From Octopus sinensis (Eukaryota), in contig NW_021835334.1 in assembly GCF_006345805.1 (NCBI RefSeq), forward strand, positions 1 through 48,968: a stretch of DNA of 48,968 nucleotides. The letters run 5' to 3'. The notes under the pieces were generated by a model that saw only the letters and a program-made list of their open reading frames with translations, did no database searches and was not told where the DNA came from. Every line of letters starts with the position of its first letter. Position 1 is the first letter of the stretch. Of the stretch, positions 1 to 11,389 are shown piece after piece. A program made the position numbers and the translations under genes.

Positions 1-210
1 AGAGGGCAAACATGCCAAACATAGAGGGGACAAACAGAGAGATTAAGTCGATTACATCGATCCCAGTGCGTAACTGGTACTTAATTTATCGACCCTGAAA
101 GGATGAAAGGCAGAGTCAACCTCGATGGAATTTGAACTCAGAACGTAGCGGCACACGAAATACCGCTAAGCATTTCGCCCGGAGTGCTAAAGTTTCTGCC
201 AGCTCACCGA
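1..210 (-). mobile_element. tRNA-derived SINE, family M (Meta-like central domain), truncated by window edge
   Basis: Minus strand has an A-box-like head (GAGCTGGCAGAAAC), a B-box (GAGTTCAAATTCC) and the central block GCCTTTCATCCTTTC..GGTCGATAAATTAAGTACC. Homologous to more than 10 other copies in the window. Confidence 0.85.
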
Positions 211-587
211 CTTACCCCAGCTCGATACAATATACGGCAAAAACGTGTGTGTTGATGCGTGACTTAAGAGAACCTCTACTACCACCACTATTAATATTCT
301 TATTACATTTTCTTTCTTTCCCTTTTTTTTGCAGAACTCTTTTGTCTGAAGTCGCGAAACGTCACGTTCAAGTGATGGCTGCTTCCTTTCGTTTTAAATA
401 ATTGATTTTACATTAGTGGAAGTTTCAATGCGAGAAACGGGAAGTTAAACCTTAACATCAACTTTCAGCAGTGTATTATTAATTATATTGTTACAAATTG
501 CTTGAGAGTTGTATTTATATATATATTTATATATATGGATATATATAAATATATATTTATAGCGATGTATAGATATAATTTATCTCC

Positions 588-935
588 GTGGCTGTGTGCT
601 AAGTAGCTTGCATACCAACCACAAGGGCAAGTGCAAGCGTCTTCTACTATAGCCTCTGGCCAACCAAAGCCTTGTGAGTGGATTTGGTAGATGAAAACTG
701 AAAGAAGCCCCTCGTATATATGTATATATGTATATATATGCATATATATATGCATATATGTATATATATGTGTGTTTACGTCCCTGTAACTTAGCAGTTC
801 GGCAAAAAAAAGCCGATAGAGTAAGTACTAGGCTTACAAAGAATAAGCCCTGGGGTCGATTTGCTCGACTAAAGGCGGTGCTTCAGCATGGCCGCTGTGA
901 AATGACTGAAACAGTAAAAGAGAGTTAAAGAGAGT
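588..935 (+). mobile_element. tRNA-derived SINE, family C (CORE-like), with internal TA microsatellite
   Basis: Head GGCTGTGTG.TAAGTAGCTTGC, CORE-like GGGCAAGTG..TCTTCTACTATAGCC, internal (TA/TG)n, tail GGGGTCGATTTGCTCGACTAAAGGCGGTGC..GAAACAGTAAAAG. Matches copies at 5086, 15645 and 30610. Confidence 0.8.
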
Positions 936-939
936 ATCA

Positions 940-948
940 TCTATCTAT

Positions 949-981
<33 letters not shown>

Positions 982-997
982 AATCTATCTATCTATG

Positions 998-1033
<36 letters not shown>

Positions 1034-1110
1034 ACATACATACATACATACATATATATATATATTATATATATATATATATAATATTATATATATATAT
1101 ATATATTATG
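940..1110. repeat. Compound (CTAT)n-(CATA)n-(TA)n microsatellite
   Basis: Read directly from the sequence. Confidence 0.95.
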
Positions 1111-1767
1111 TAGAGATGCATTGCGCATATGTTTGTGCACAAGCATGCATATATGTATGTTTACGTGTATATACATATCTACATGCATAGATTATGGTAT
1201 GTGTATGCGTAGTTTGTGTTGTGTCTGAGTGTGTGAACATTGCGTGTGCATGCGTTTCCCGCGACGATCGACTGAAACACTCGGGTTGCGGGAAGGTCCA
1301 TCAAAACTCCCCTTATCATTTATGACATTTGGGCTGACATCTCCTCCCCTCCACCCACCCTCATCAAGATGGCTCCACTGGTAAAGATGGAGTCACCTTC
1401 ACCAAAAATTTGACAGTATTTTTGTTCGTTCGTGATTTGGAGTTCCTTTTCTTCTTGATGTCGTATACGTTGCGTATTTTTTTGCAAATTCCCTGTTTTG
1501 ATATATATATATATACAAACATACAGGACATATATGTGACGTGTGTGGTATGCATGGGCGTATATATATGATATATAATATATATATATTTATATATATA
1601 TATATATATAGGTATGATACCATGGTATGGATGTGTACATGCAACACATTCGCGCACACAAATGTATATACATATATACATCCCTTTGTATGATATATTC
1701 TTATATATACATATTGCCTATGTAAATATATATGTATGGGTATATATATATGTAATCTTCTCTTTCA

Positions 1768-1817
<50 letters not shown>

Positions 1818-1865
1818 GTATATATTTATATATGTATATACATATATATGTATATATATATACAT

Positions 1866-1898
<33 letters not shown>

Positions 1899-2290
1899 AG
1901 ATGATTGCTTATATGCTAGCTTTTTTATGTCTTTTAGTCTGGGTTCGGGCGACTGGAATCCCATTCGTGAATAAAAAAATTATACAAATTAGAATATATG
2001 TGTACATATATATATGTATATATATATATAAATAAGTGTGTGTGCGTATGTGTGTGCATGAATGTAAGTATAGGTATTTTTTTTATCCCCCACCATCAAA
2101 CTTCACTCTGTTTTCCTGATCCCCATCTCCGGCGAAAACCGCCATCACCCAACAAATCAACTTCTTACAAGAGCTATTCCGATTCGGTTTCTCTTCATTT
2201 CTCTCGCCGTGGGGTCGGGGCAAGTTTTCCAAATTCTGTCGTGTTTCTCTTAAGTACTGTTGCATTTTATTATTATTATCATCATCATCA

Positions 2291-2324
<34 letters not shown>

Positions 2325-2529
2325 CATTATTATTATTATTATTTCCTCTTATGTGTTTTGCTTTCTTCTTTAAACTTCCCTTTTCTGTTGAAACTTGCAT
2401 GGTGCTGGTGGTGGCTGAGGTATTTTTCTTCTTGCGTGTTTGACATCATGCTTATGTTATTTCCTTTTGCCAATATTTATGTTTATTTCCGTAACGTGTG
2501 TGTTTGTGAGTATATGCATTTGTGTAAGG

Positions 2530-2960
2530 AGTGGCTGTGTGGTAAGTAGCTTGCTTACCAACCGCATGGTTCCGGGTTCAGTCCCACTGCGTGGCACCTT
2601 GGGCAAGTGTCTTCTAATATAGCCTCTGGCCGACCAAAACCTTGTGAGTGGATTTGGTAGATGTAAACTGAAAGAAGCCCGTCGTATATATGTGTATATA
2701 TATATATTTCTTTACTGCCCACAAAGGGCTAAACATAGAGGGGACAAACAAGGACAGACATAATTATTAAGTCGATTATATCGACCCCAGTGCGTAACTG
2801 GTACTTTATTTATCGACCCCGAAAGGATGAAAGGCAAAGTCGACCTCAGCGGAATTTGAACTCAGAACGTAACGGCGGACGAAATACGGCTACGCATTTC
2901 GCTCGGCGTGCTAACGTTTCTGCCAGCTCACCGCCTTCATATATGTGTATATATATATAC

Positions 2961-3032
<72 letters not shown>

Positions 3033-3250
3033 GTGTGTGTGTGTGCATATGTGTATATATATATATATATATGTGTGTGGTTGTGTGTATGCTTGTGTGT
3101 CTGTGTTCGTCCCCCCAACATCGCTTGACAACTTAGCGGTTCGGCAATCGAGACCGGTAGAATAAGTACTAGGATTACAAACAATATGTCCTGGGTTCGA
3201 TTTGTTCCACCAATGGCGGTGCTCCAGTATGGCCATAGTCAAACGACTTC
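2530..3250 (+). mobile_element. Family C SINE interrupted by a nested family M SINE and an expanded microsatellite
   Basis: Head and core at 2530-2690 (GGTTCCGGGTTCAGTCCCACTGCGTGGCACCTTGGGCAAGTG), tail at 3100-3250. The family M copy and (TA)n lie between them. Confidence 0.75.
2705..2935 (-). mobile_element. Full-length family M SINE (nested)
   Basis: Complete from head (GGCGGTGAGCTGGCAGAAACGTTAGCAC) to tail (GTGGGCAGTAAAGAAATA) on the minus strand. Confidence 0.9.
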
Positions 3251-3433
3251 CTTCCTTCATTGTAACCTTCGTCCGAACAAGTATCCTTCTGATGGAAGTA
3301 TCATTACTCAGTTCAGTAGAACAGAAATTTTAATTTAATTTATGTACGTAACCAAATTAACAAATTTAGGTGCATTTTCAACAACACATTTTCCTATATA
3401 TTTTCCTACGTAGATACACACCTCCTCTTTTGT

Positions 3434-3508
<75 letters not shown>

Positions 3509-3534
3509 GTGTGTGTGTGTATGTATGATGTTGG

Positions 3535-3746
3535 ATCGTTAGCCCCTACACGCAATTTTTTTCTCTCCTTGTTTCTCTCCTTGTTTCTTTTCTGTGTATC
3601 TTTCTGTCGAAGAGCGTAGGCTCGAAACGTAAAAGACTTGTTTTATTTAAATTCCTGAGCGCCATACTAATCGCCATACTAATACATTGTTTGTTTGTAC
3701 TCCACCTGTCTTCGTCTTTTGTTTATTTTCGTAAACCTTCCCGTTA
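3535..3746 (+). mobile_element. Short Penelope-like non-autonomous element (subfamily B) abutting microsatellites
   Basis: T-run and pyrimidine tract, hammerhead-like fold, TTCCTGAGCG block shared with the 12.6 and 40.2 kb elements, ending in (TA)n. The Penelope assignment is inferred from the ribozyme-like motif. Confidence 0.6.
3599..3636 (+). ncRNA. Minimal type I hammerhead ribozyme-like motif (core variant A6U)
   Basis: TCTTT-CTGTCGA-A-GAGC(GTAG)GCTC-GAA-ACGT-A-AAAGA: 5-bp stem I, 4-bp stem II, GAAA core, palindromic ACGT stem III, GUA cleavage triplet. One normally invariant core base differs. Confidence 0.55.
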
Positions 3747-3769
3747 TGTATATATATATATATATACAC

Positions 3770-3823
<54 letters not shown>

Positions 3824-4307
3824 AGTGTGTGTTGTGTGTGGTGTGTGTGTGTGCAAATATGTGTGTGTATCGTGAACATTATAATCTCTACTAACACGAA
3901 CAGGTAATTCGCCTCTGAATTTAAATATAGCTTGCGTAACAAGATTTATAAATATGACCTCTCCATCATCACCGCCTCATTATAAACACAACCGCATCAC
4001 CCCCCCCCCTCCACCACCACCACCATCACTGCCACCACCACACACGGACCACACCATGTAACGGCACACACCGACAATAACTGCCATAAACCTTTAGTAA
4101 TTTATTAGTACGTTCGTTGAAAGAAAATCTATCTAATTTGTGTGGAAATTCCCACTGTTAATTGTATGGCGACGATGAAAAGATTGGGAAGAACAAAGCC
4201 AGGAATGACGGACATTTATTGAGGTTTTGTTCTCTCCACTATTTACGAACAAATGAGATCTTGTTTTAGTTTACAATGACTGCTTCTTATTGTCATTAAT
4301 ATTACTA

Positions 4308-4338
<31 letters not shown>

Positions 4339-4367
4339 TTATTATTATTATTATTATTATTATTAGT

Positions 4368-4620
4368 GGAGGCGCGTGGTTTAGTGGTTAGGGTGTCACA
4401 CAATCATGATCGTAAGATTGTGGTTTCGATTCCTGGACTGGGCGACACGTTGTGTTCTTGAGCAAAACACTTCATTTCACGTTGTTCCAATCCACTCGGC
4501 TGGCAAAAATGAGTAACGCTGCGATGGACTGACGTCCTGTCCAGCTGGGGAACACATACGCCATAGAAACCGAGAAAGCGGACCCATGACCCAGGCTAGC
4601 CTTTAAAAAGGGCGCATTTA
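4368..4620 (+). mobile_element. tRNA-derived SINE, family T (TTGAGCAA-type core)
   Basis: GGAGGCGCGTGGTTTAGTGGTTAG A-box, GGTTTCGATTCC B-box, then GTGTTCTTGAGCAAAACACTTCATTTCACGTTG. Confidence 0.8.
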
Positions 4621-4698
4621 TTATTTTTTTTATATCAGTTTTGAGGCGAGGACTTAGTTGATACGAAGGATATCAGTATTATTTGGTGACTCTCGATA

Positions 4699-4910
4699 GG
4701 TGGTGAGCCGGTAGATTCCTTGGCGCACCGAACAAAATGTTCTGCAGCATTTCGTCCGTTTTTATGTTCTGAGTTCAAATACCACCGAGGTCGACTTTGC
4801 TATTAATCCGTTCAGAGTCGATAATAAACGTACCGGTTGAGCACTGGAGTCGGTGATATCGACTTTCCTCGTTTCCGAAATTGCTGGCCTTGTGCAAAAA
4901 GCTGAAAGTA
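4699..4910 (+). mobile_element. Family M SINE, diverged
   Basis: TTCTGAGTTCAAATACCACCGAGGTCGACTTTGC and tail GAAATTGCTGGCCTTGTGC. Confidence 0.8.
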
Positions 4911-5085
4911 TTTATTTTATGAAAGTCGGAATAATAAAAGACAATGATTTGAGCTGAAACAGTAAAAACGGAAGACGAAACACCACATTCATTCATTCAT
5001 ATATTTTTCATTTCGTCTCATTAATGTAAACGTCCAGCCGGCAGCTATATCGGTGTAATGCCCTTGTGGCAAATTATATGAATAA

Positions 5086-5440
5086 AAGTAGCTTGCTTAC
5101 CAACCACATGGTTCTGGGTTCAGTCCCACTGCGTAGCACCTTCTACTATAGCCTGGGACCGACCAAAGCCTTGTGAAGGAATTTGATAAACGGAAACTGA
5201 AAGAAGCCCGTCGTATATATAAATATGTATATATATATGTATGTATATGTTTGCGCGTTTGTGTTTGTCCTCCCAACATCGCTTGACAACCGATGCTGGT
5301 GTGTTTACCTCCACGTAACTTAGCGGTTCGGCAAGAGAGACCTATAGAATAAGTGCTGGGGTCGATTTGCTCGACTAAAGGCGGTGTTCCAGCATGGCCG
5401 CAGTCAAATGACTGAAACAAATAAAAGAATAAAAGAATAT
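5086..5440 (+). mobile_element. Family C SINE with internal deletions
   Basis: AAGTAGCTTGCTTACCAACCACATGGTTCTGGGTTCAGTCCCACTG head through GACTGAAACAAATAAAAG tail. Confidence 0.85.
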
Positions 5441-5762
5441 AAATATATTTTAGTTATATGTTGCAGTATACACAATCATCCATATTTTAAACACATCCTG
5501 ACTACTACAACTTTCTCCATTTTGCTTCTATATTGACAAAATACGGTCATTCAGATAAACACGCACTCATCCATTTAACCATACTGAAGTCCTAGCCAAT
5601 CTATACTAGTAGATATTTAATTACATATCTAATTAACATTGATGCAGACATTACGTCTCATGTTTCACATACAGTTCGTATTCATCAGTGAAGGAAAAAA
5701 ACATTCTACAAACCTTTCCACTGTTTATAATAGATTAGGTTATCATAAATTTCATTGGAAGA

Positions 5763-5868
5763 GATGAGACGAGGTGTCATTTTTCTATAAATCGAGGGAA
5801 CGAAATTATTTATTTTTTCGGTCAATTTCTTTCTGTCAATTTATAGAAAAATAACACCTCATTTCATC
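5763..5868. repeat. Imperfect inverted repeat / MITE-like foldback
   Basis: GATGAGACGAGGTGTCATTTTTCTATAAAT (5763-5792) versus the reverse complement of 5839-5868, GATGAAATGAGGTGTTATTTTTCTATAAAT: 27/30 match, with weaker pairing extending inward. Confidence 0.8.
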
Positions 5869-6059
5869 AGTCTGGGAAATTTCTTATTACTCAAACTAGT
5901 CTCAATGTGTTGTGAGAATTTATCTCTGCAACACCGAGGAATTTGACAAGTGTATGAAACGTGAAACCTAATATATGTAGCAATTTTAATTAGCTGTTTC
6001 CTTTATTATCTATTTGTATAAATAGTCTTGTTTCCTAGTAAGGTTAAATCTAACTAAAA

Positions 6060-6720
6060 CCCGACTACCAGTTGGCATAGATCTATGCACAAGCACACTA
6101 TATACATGGGTATGACTGTTAAGAAGGAACGGAGCACAAAAGCGATATCGGTATTTGCTACTTCTGTATGGTATTTCAAGGTTCGCTTCCTCTCGGCCCA
6201 TTTCTGTCTGACAATGACCACACTGCTCGTAGAAATTCGTCCCAGTTCCTATCCAAATAGAGAAACAGATCAAAGCAGATCGCAAGCAATTTAACCGGTT
6301 CTTCAATTGAATAACTCCAAGAAGCTGTTTGACGACATGGTTTTGCAAGCAGCATGCCCACTGCTTTCTCTTGTTTAATTTTTGCGTCTGTCACAGTCTC
6401 AAATTCCTTCAGAATGTTGATCACCGCAATTTCTGCAGAGAATACCTAGTAGAATTCATTTCAACGCATGATGTGTTCAAAGTAGAGCCTATAGAGTTAA
6501 TGCATACCGGGAAGATGCGAGATGTTATTCTTGATAGACTTGAACGTGTGATATTAAACATGTTCTGATTGCCAGTCGCTCTGGCTACCGAACAGATATG
6601 ATTGTACAATGTAGCAATCCGGCTTCTGGAAGCAGGACACAGACCAGCTGCCCTGACGACAGCCGGCAGGTAATGATGATTTGGCATATCGAAAATTGTT
6701 TATTGATCCGAATTAACCGC
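6060..6720 (-). mobile_element. Decayed L1/Tx1-clade non-LTR retrotransposon reverse-transcriptase fragment
   Basis: Collinear broken peptides across frames: IATLYNHICSVARATGNQNMFNITRS (resembles W..LY....SVV.VNG..S..F.ITRSVRQG), ILKEFETVTDAKIKQEKAVG (resembles L..YE..TGAKIN.EKSVG), EEPVKLLAICF, DRNWDEF. Multiple stops and frameshifts. Recognised from memory of Tx1 ORF2. Confidence 0.72.
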
Positions 6721-6756
6721 GGGAGCCAGATATCATTAATATTTTTCATACATACA

Positions 6757-6757
6757 C

Positions 6758-6834
<77 letters not shown>

Positions 6835-6915
6835 CTATCTATCTATCTATCTATCTATCTATATGTCTGTCTCTATAGATAGATAGATGGATAAATAGAT
6901 AGATAAATAGATCTG
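6757..6915. repeat. (CTAT)n / (ATAG)n microsatellite
   Basis: Read directly from the sequence. Confidence 0.95.
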
Positions 6916-7419
6916 TGTGTGTGTGTGTATGCGTTTGTGTATGTATACAGCCATCATGCACATATATGTATATTACACAATGAAACCCTCTGTTTATAAT
7001 AGCGATATCTGTCGTGAATGCATTTTATATAAATGTATCATATATAGTTTTATATGCATTTTATATAAATGTATCATATATAGTCTTATATGCATTGTAT
7101 TGTATATACCTTTTCGTCGTATCTCTGATTCGATAATCTATCTCTGTACATGGACTACATCCTGTAATACCATTTTTTGTCAGCCGTTGTTTTATAAATA
7201 TGTTGTTCCTGTTGTCCAACAAATATGAACTCCGTCTGTATGAGCGAGGACGTAACAGCAATTTGTTCATGTGTTTTTATGCTATTTACACTTTCTTTTA
7301 TTTCTTGTTTTCTTTCTTCATCCGAATTCGTGTGCCTCCACACTGTACATAACCTGTCCTCTTAATAGCCTCATCATGCGAGCACCCCTGTGACAAATAA
7401 AATCGTCACCATCATCGCC

Positions 7420-7646
7420 GTCGTCGCCGTCAAACGTTGTCGCCGTCGTTATCGACCTCATCTTCCTCCTCATTATCGTCATCATCATTCTTGTTACTAT
7501 CACCCACAAGTATCACCACCATCATCACTAACATCAGCAGCAGCAGCAGCACCACCACCACCCCACCACCACTACCACCACCACTGACGCCATCCTTTAC
7601 CTCCTCTTCCGCTTCATCATCATCATCATCATCATCATTATTATTA

Positions 7647-7701
<55 letters not shown>

Positions 7702-7750
7702 CATCATCAGCATTATCGTTATTATTGTTAACATCATCATCATCATTATT
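7420..7750. repeat. Compound trinucleotide tract (CAT/CAC/TAT)n
   Basis: Read directly; explains ORFs 7390-7769. Confidence 0.9.
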
Positions 7751-8574
7751 ATTTCCGATTGTCAAGTGAGGGAAGAATTCTTCCTCCCTTTCTCTCTCTC
7801 TTTCTTTCTCTTTCTCCCTCTCTCTCTCTCTCTCACTCTCTTTTTGTAGCTCATAAGAACATTATTATTGGTATAACTCCAGGATTTGAATTAACGAAAG
7901 ACATTTTATAGTGTGACGCTTGTAGCGGGGAAGATTGGTAAGGGAGGGAGGGGCGCATTAGGCAGAAGAGTGAAGCCTCGGATGAAGAAGAAATTCTTCA
8001 AAGACCACTGGAGACTCTTATGACAGACGGATGGGGAAGAGGGAAGAGAGAGAGAAAGAGAGAGAAGGGGAGAGGGAGATGACGTGGTATTAAATGGAGG
8101 CATATAAGATAATTTATTGTTGACCAAAAGCAAATAGGAATGATGAGCAATAGGAATATGGCGGAAGCTGGGACCTTTACTGTGAGGGAGAGAAAAAGAG
8201 ACACTAATTTTCGAACACCCGACAAGGCAGAAATGGGGGGAGGGAGAAAAGATGTGGGGGCGGGCAATAGAGGTGAAGTGAGAGGTAAGAAATGAGTGGA
8301 AGATGGTGGGAGGGGAGAGAGAAGAGAGAGGGAGACATGGGAGGAAAGGAATGAGTGGAAAGGGGAGGGAGAGGGGAGGAGAGAGAGGAGAGAAGTGAGA
8401 TGGGAGGAATGAGTGGAAGGTGGAGGGAGGTGGGTGTGGGGTAAAAGTAAACCCTTTAATTGAGTAATTTGACATTTTCAAAGAAAGGATCACGGAGTGG
8501 GAATGTTAGAAATATTGGTCTTGGTGATAGGTGGCGTTAGTGGTGTTACTCATGACGTTGTGAAGGTAGCTGCA

Positions 8575-9474
8575 GTAGTGGTAGTGGTAGTAGTGTTGGT
8601 GGTGGTGGTCGTCGTCGTTGTGGTGGTGGTGGTGGTAGTGACAGTAGCGGTTGTTTCGGCTCCCGTTGAACTCTGATCAAATAAGAACTAAGATTAATGA
8701 CAATCTAGCCGTGGCCATCATTTGCTATTTCTGATAACTTGGGCCTACACCATCGTTTATGTACCTTCCCAGTTTCCATGACGATCGGGCGCGATTTGAA
8801 GCAGGTATGGTTACCCTTTTTAGTACCCGCCGACCACATAGACTCTCCATATAAGCAGTAATAGCGACGGTGGTGGTGGCCATGAGGAAGGCTTTGGCGT
8901 GAGGCAGCGACGGTGTTACTTACGCTGTGAATGAGAACTAGAGATGGTGAAGGTAGTAGTGGTGATGGTTGTGGTGGTGGTGGTGATGATGGTTGTTGCG
9001 GTGGTGGCGGTCGTAATCGTGATATAGTTGTGGTGGCCGTGGCGGTGGTAGGGGTCGCGGTGGTGGTGGTGGTTGTGTTGATGATAAGGGTAGTGGATAG
9101 GTAGGGGTCATTATAATACGAAGCATTGACAGTTTTGTGCGGTGAGTGATGGGTGGTGGTGATGGTGGTGGTGGTGGTGGTGATGCAGTTAGTGTGAGTC
9201 GAAAATATCACCATTTTTAGAAATATAACTGATCTTAATTGGATCCTTAATGAACGGGATTCAGGGCCTCAATCTTATTAAATGATTGATGGTTAACAAT
9301 GCGGAGACCATCTGCACCACAATTACCACCGGCCGCCGCCGCCGCAACCGACGTCGTTACCGCTGCCACGACGACGGCGATAACAACGACGACGACAACG
9401 ACCACCACCACCGCTAGCTTATGAAATATTTTAACAACAACAGAAAAAGCTACTACCATCACCACCATCGCCAT

Positions 9475-9519
<45 letters not shown>

Positions 9520-9530
9520 CACTACTACTT
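8575..9530. repeat. Degenerate (GGT)n, (ACG/ACC)n and (CTA)n low-complexity tracts with unique spacers
   Basis: Read directly; explains the Thr/Val/Tyr-rich ORFs here. Confidence 0.85.
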
Positions 9531-10359
9531 CGCACATGTGGAAGATATATATATATATCCATCTCTCCCTCATTCTCTCTCCCCTCTCTCTCTACATATA
9601 TATATATATGTATATATGTATATATATATCTATCTATATATCTATCTATCTATCTATCTATATATATATAACCTGCTGCTTCTCCACCATTTCGTTGGCG
9701 ATCGTATCTCGCCAACATCTGTATTTGTCCCCTCTACCGAAAAGGTAATTATTTCTACGCCTGCTGCTATGTTTGTTGTTTTGTCTCATTTGGTGTAAAG
9801 TCGTATGACAACCACCTTTATATTATATTTTGTTTAACCGTTACCGTTTTCAATTTCGTTTTCGTCTCTCGTATTTACATCCGTCTCGTGCGTTTACATT
9901 CTTGTCTTCTACCAAGAAATCTAATGCTTACAGCTTAGTTTTTTTTCTTGGGGCTGGCCGATTTGGAGCAAATATCAGAATTGAACAGCCGAAATTTGCT
10001 ATGATGATTCGGTGTCTGACTGAAGATTGAAGGCTTCGAATGATTTGTCTGTGTTCCGTGTTTGTCACTTCCTGTATTTCACGTTCTTTATATATAAAAC
10101 ATTTATTCTTTTATATATATATATATATATATGGATACGAGCAAAAGCCCCCCCCCCCTCCTCCGTCCAGTGGACGGTGCTGAGTTGTCAAAAATTTAAA
10201 CCAAATTTTCTCAAAACAACTTCTCCGACCGTCCCATAGAGCTCCCCTTTGAGAAATACTGATTTAACCTAAATTTGAGACATCAGCAACAGAAGAAATA
10301 AAGACGGACTTTTTATTCTGTTTCAAAGAAAACTGATTTTATTCACACAAATATGCAAC

Positions 10360-10468
10360 TGAAGATTGAAAGTCAATGTCGACCTCGGCAGAATTTGAAC
10401 TCAGAACCTAGCGTCAGACGAAATACCGCGAAACATTTCGTCGAGCATGCTACCGATTCTGCCAACCC
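10360..10468 (-). mobile_element. Family M SINE 5' half
   Basis: GTCGACCTCGGCAGAATTTGAACTCAGAAC..GAAATACCGCGAAACATTTCG..GATTCTGCCAAC. Confidence 0.8.
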
Positions 10469-11389
10469 ATAGCTTTAATAATAAGAATGATATCTTTCTT
10501 TTTTTCTCTCTTTCTTTCTTTCTTTCGTTCTTTGTTTCTTTCTTTCTCTCTCTCTTTCTTTTTTTCTTTCTTTCTCACTTTCTTTTTTTCTCTTTTAATA
10601 ATAATAATAATGAATAGTGGCCTACATAGATCAATATTGGTTTTTATCCTTCTACAAGTGTTGAAAAAAAAGGTACCAGTAATCGTACAGGGGCCTATTA
10701 GGTGGATTACACTTTGTCTCAAATCTATAATGTTGGGTCAAAGTTAAAACTCAAAAACGTTTTATTTAATTCCAAGTCAATGCTGATCAGCCAGACTTGT
10801 GATCAAATGCTTTCTATCCATGACCACCACATCGTTGTTTTGACTCTTGGCTATCTGGGACTCTGTATGACGTTTCACTCTGGGTTTATATCAACTGAGT
10901 GATCTTATGATGAAAAGCATTCTAAACGTGACCATCACATTTACTTGTTGGCAGGTGTGGAATGCAAAGCTGTACATCTGGGACTATATTATGAAATGGA
11001 TTTATTTACTTTTAAGACGAAATATGATTTGAGGAAGAAGTAACTGCTATATCTAGCATCTTCTTCGTGTTGATATCGGTATTTAGTGTGTCTGGTGGTG
11101 ATGCGGATGTTGGTGGTATGATAGTGACGGTGGGGGTTGCAGTAGAGATGTTGTTGGTAGAGGGGTGTGGCGAATGGGATAAAGGTGATGGTGCTGGGAA
11201 GAAGGTGGGTGGATGGGCATCAGATACAAACAATCAGAACTTAGCGTGCAGTGATGGCTGCCGCCAATAACAATGATCTGCTAATTGGCGTCAAACATTC
11301 CGTTTAATAAAGAGACTAGAAATAGTTTCTGTCTTCCCCCCCCCCTCAAGTCTTACATCATGTCAAGACTGCAACCAAAACCGCCTTCA

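Noticed and set aside
320-401. Strong plus-strand splice acceptor (TTTTTTTTGCAG at 334) and CTGAAG..GAAACGTC resembling a hammerhead
   Set aside because: No good donor follows and the peptide is unrecognisable. The hammerhead-like string lacks A9 and any stem II.
6010-6348. ORF with IGTGTNFY suggesting a pogo/Tigger DDE motif
   Set aside because: Neighbouring frames give collinear Tx1-type RT motifs; this ORF is an off-frame reading.
8705-9214. 169-aa Pro/Thr-rich ORF with an internal GTAAGT donor at 8923 (minus), superficially like a transcription-factor N-terminus
   Set aside because: Composition is explained by (ACC)n decay; there is no recognisable domain and no acceptor or partner exon.
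9694-9716. Perfect 8-bp GC-rich hairpin GTTGGCGA/TCGCCAAC (Helitron end?)
   Set aside because: No CTRR terminus at the expected distance on either strand; a short hairpin can occur by chance.
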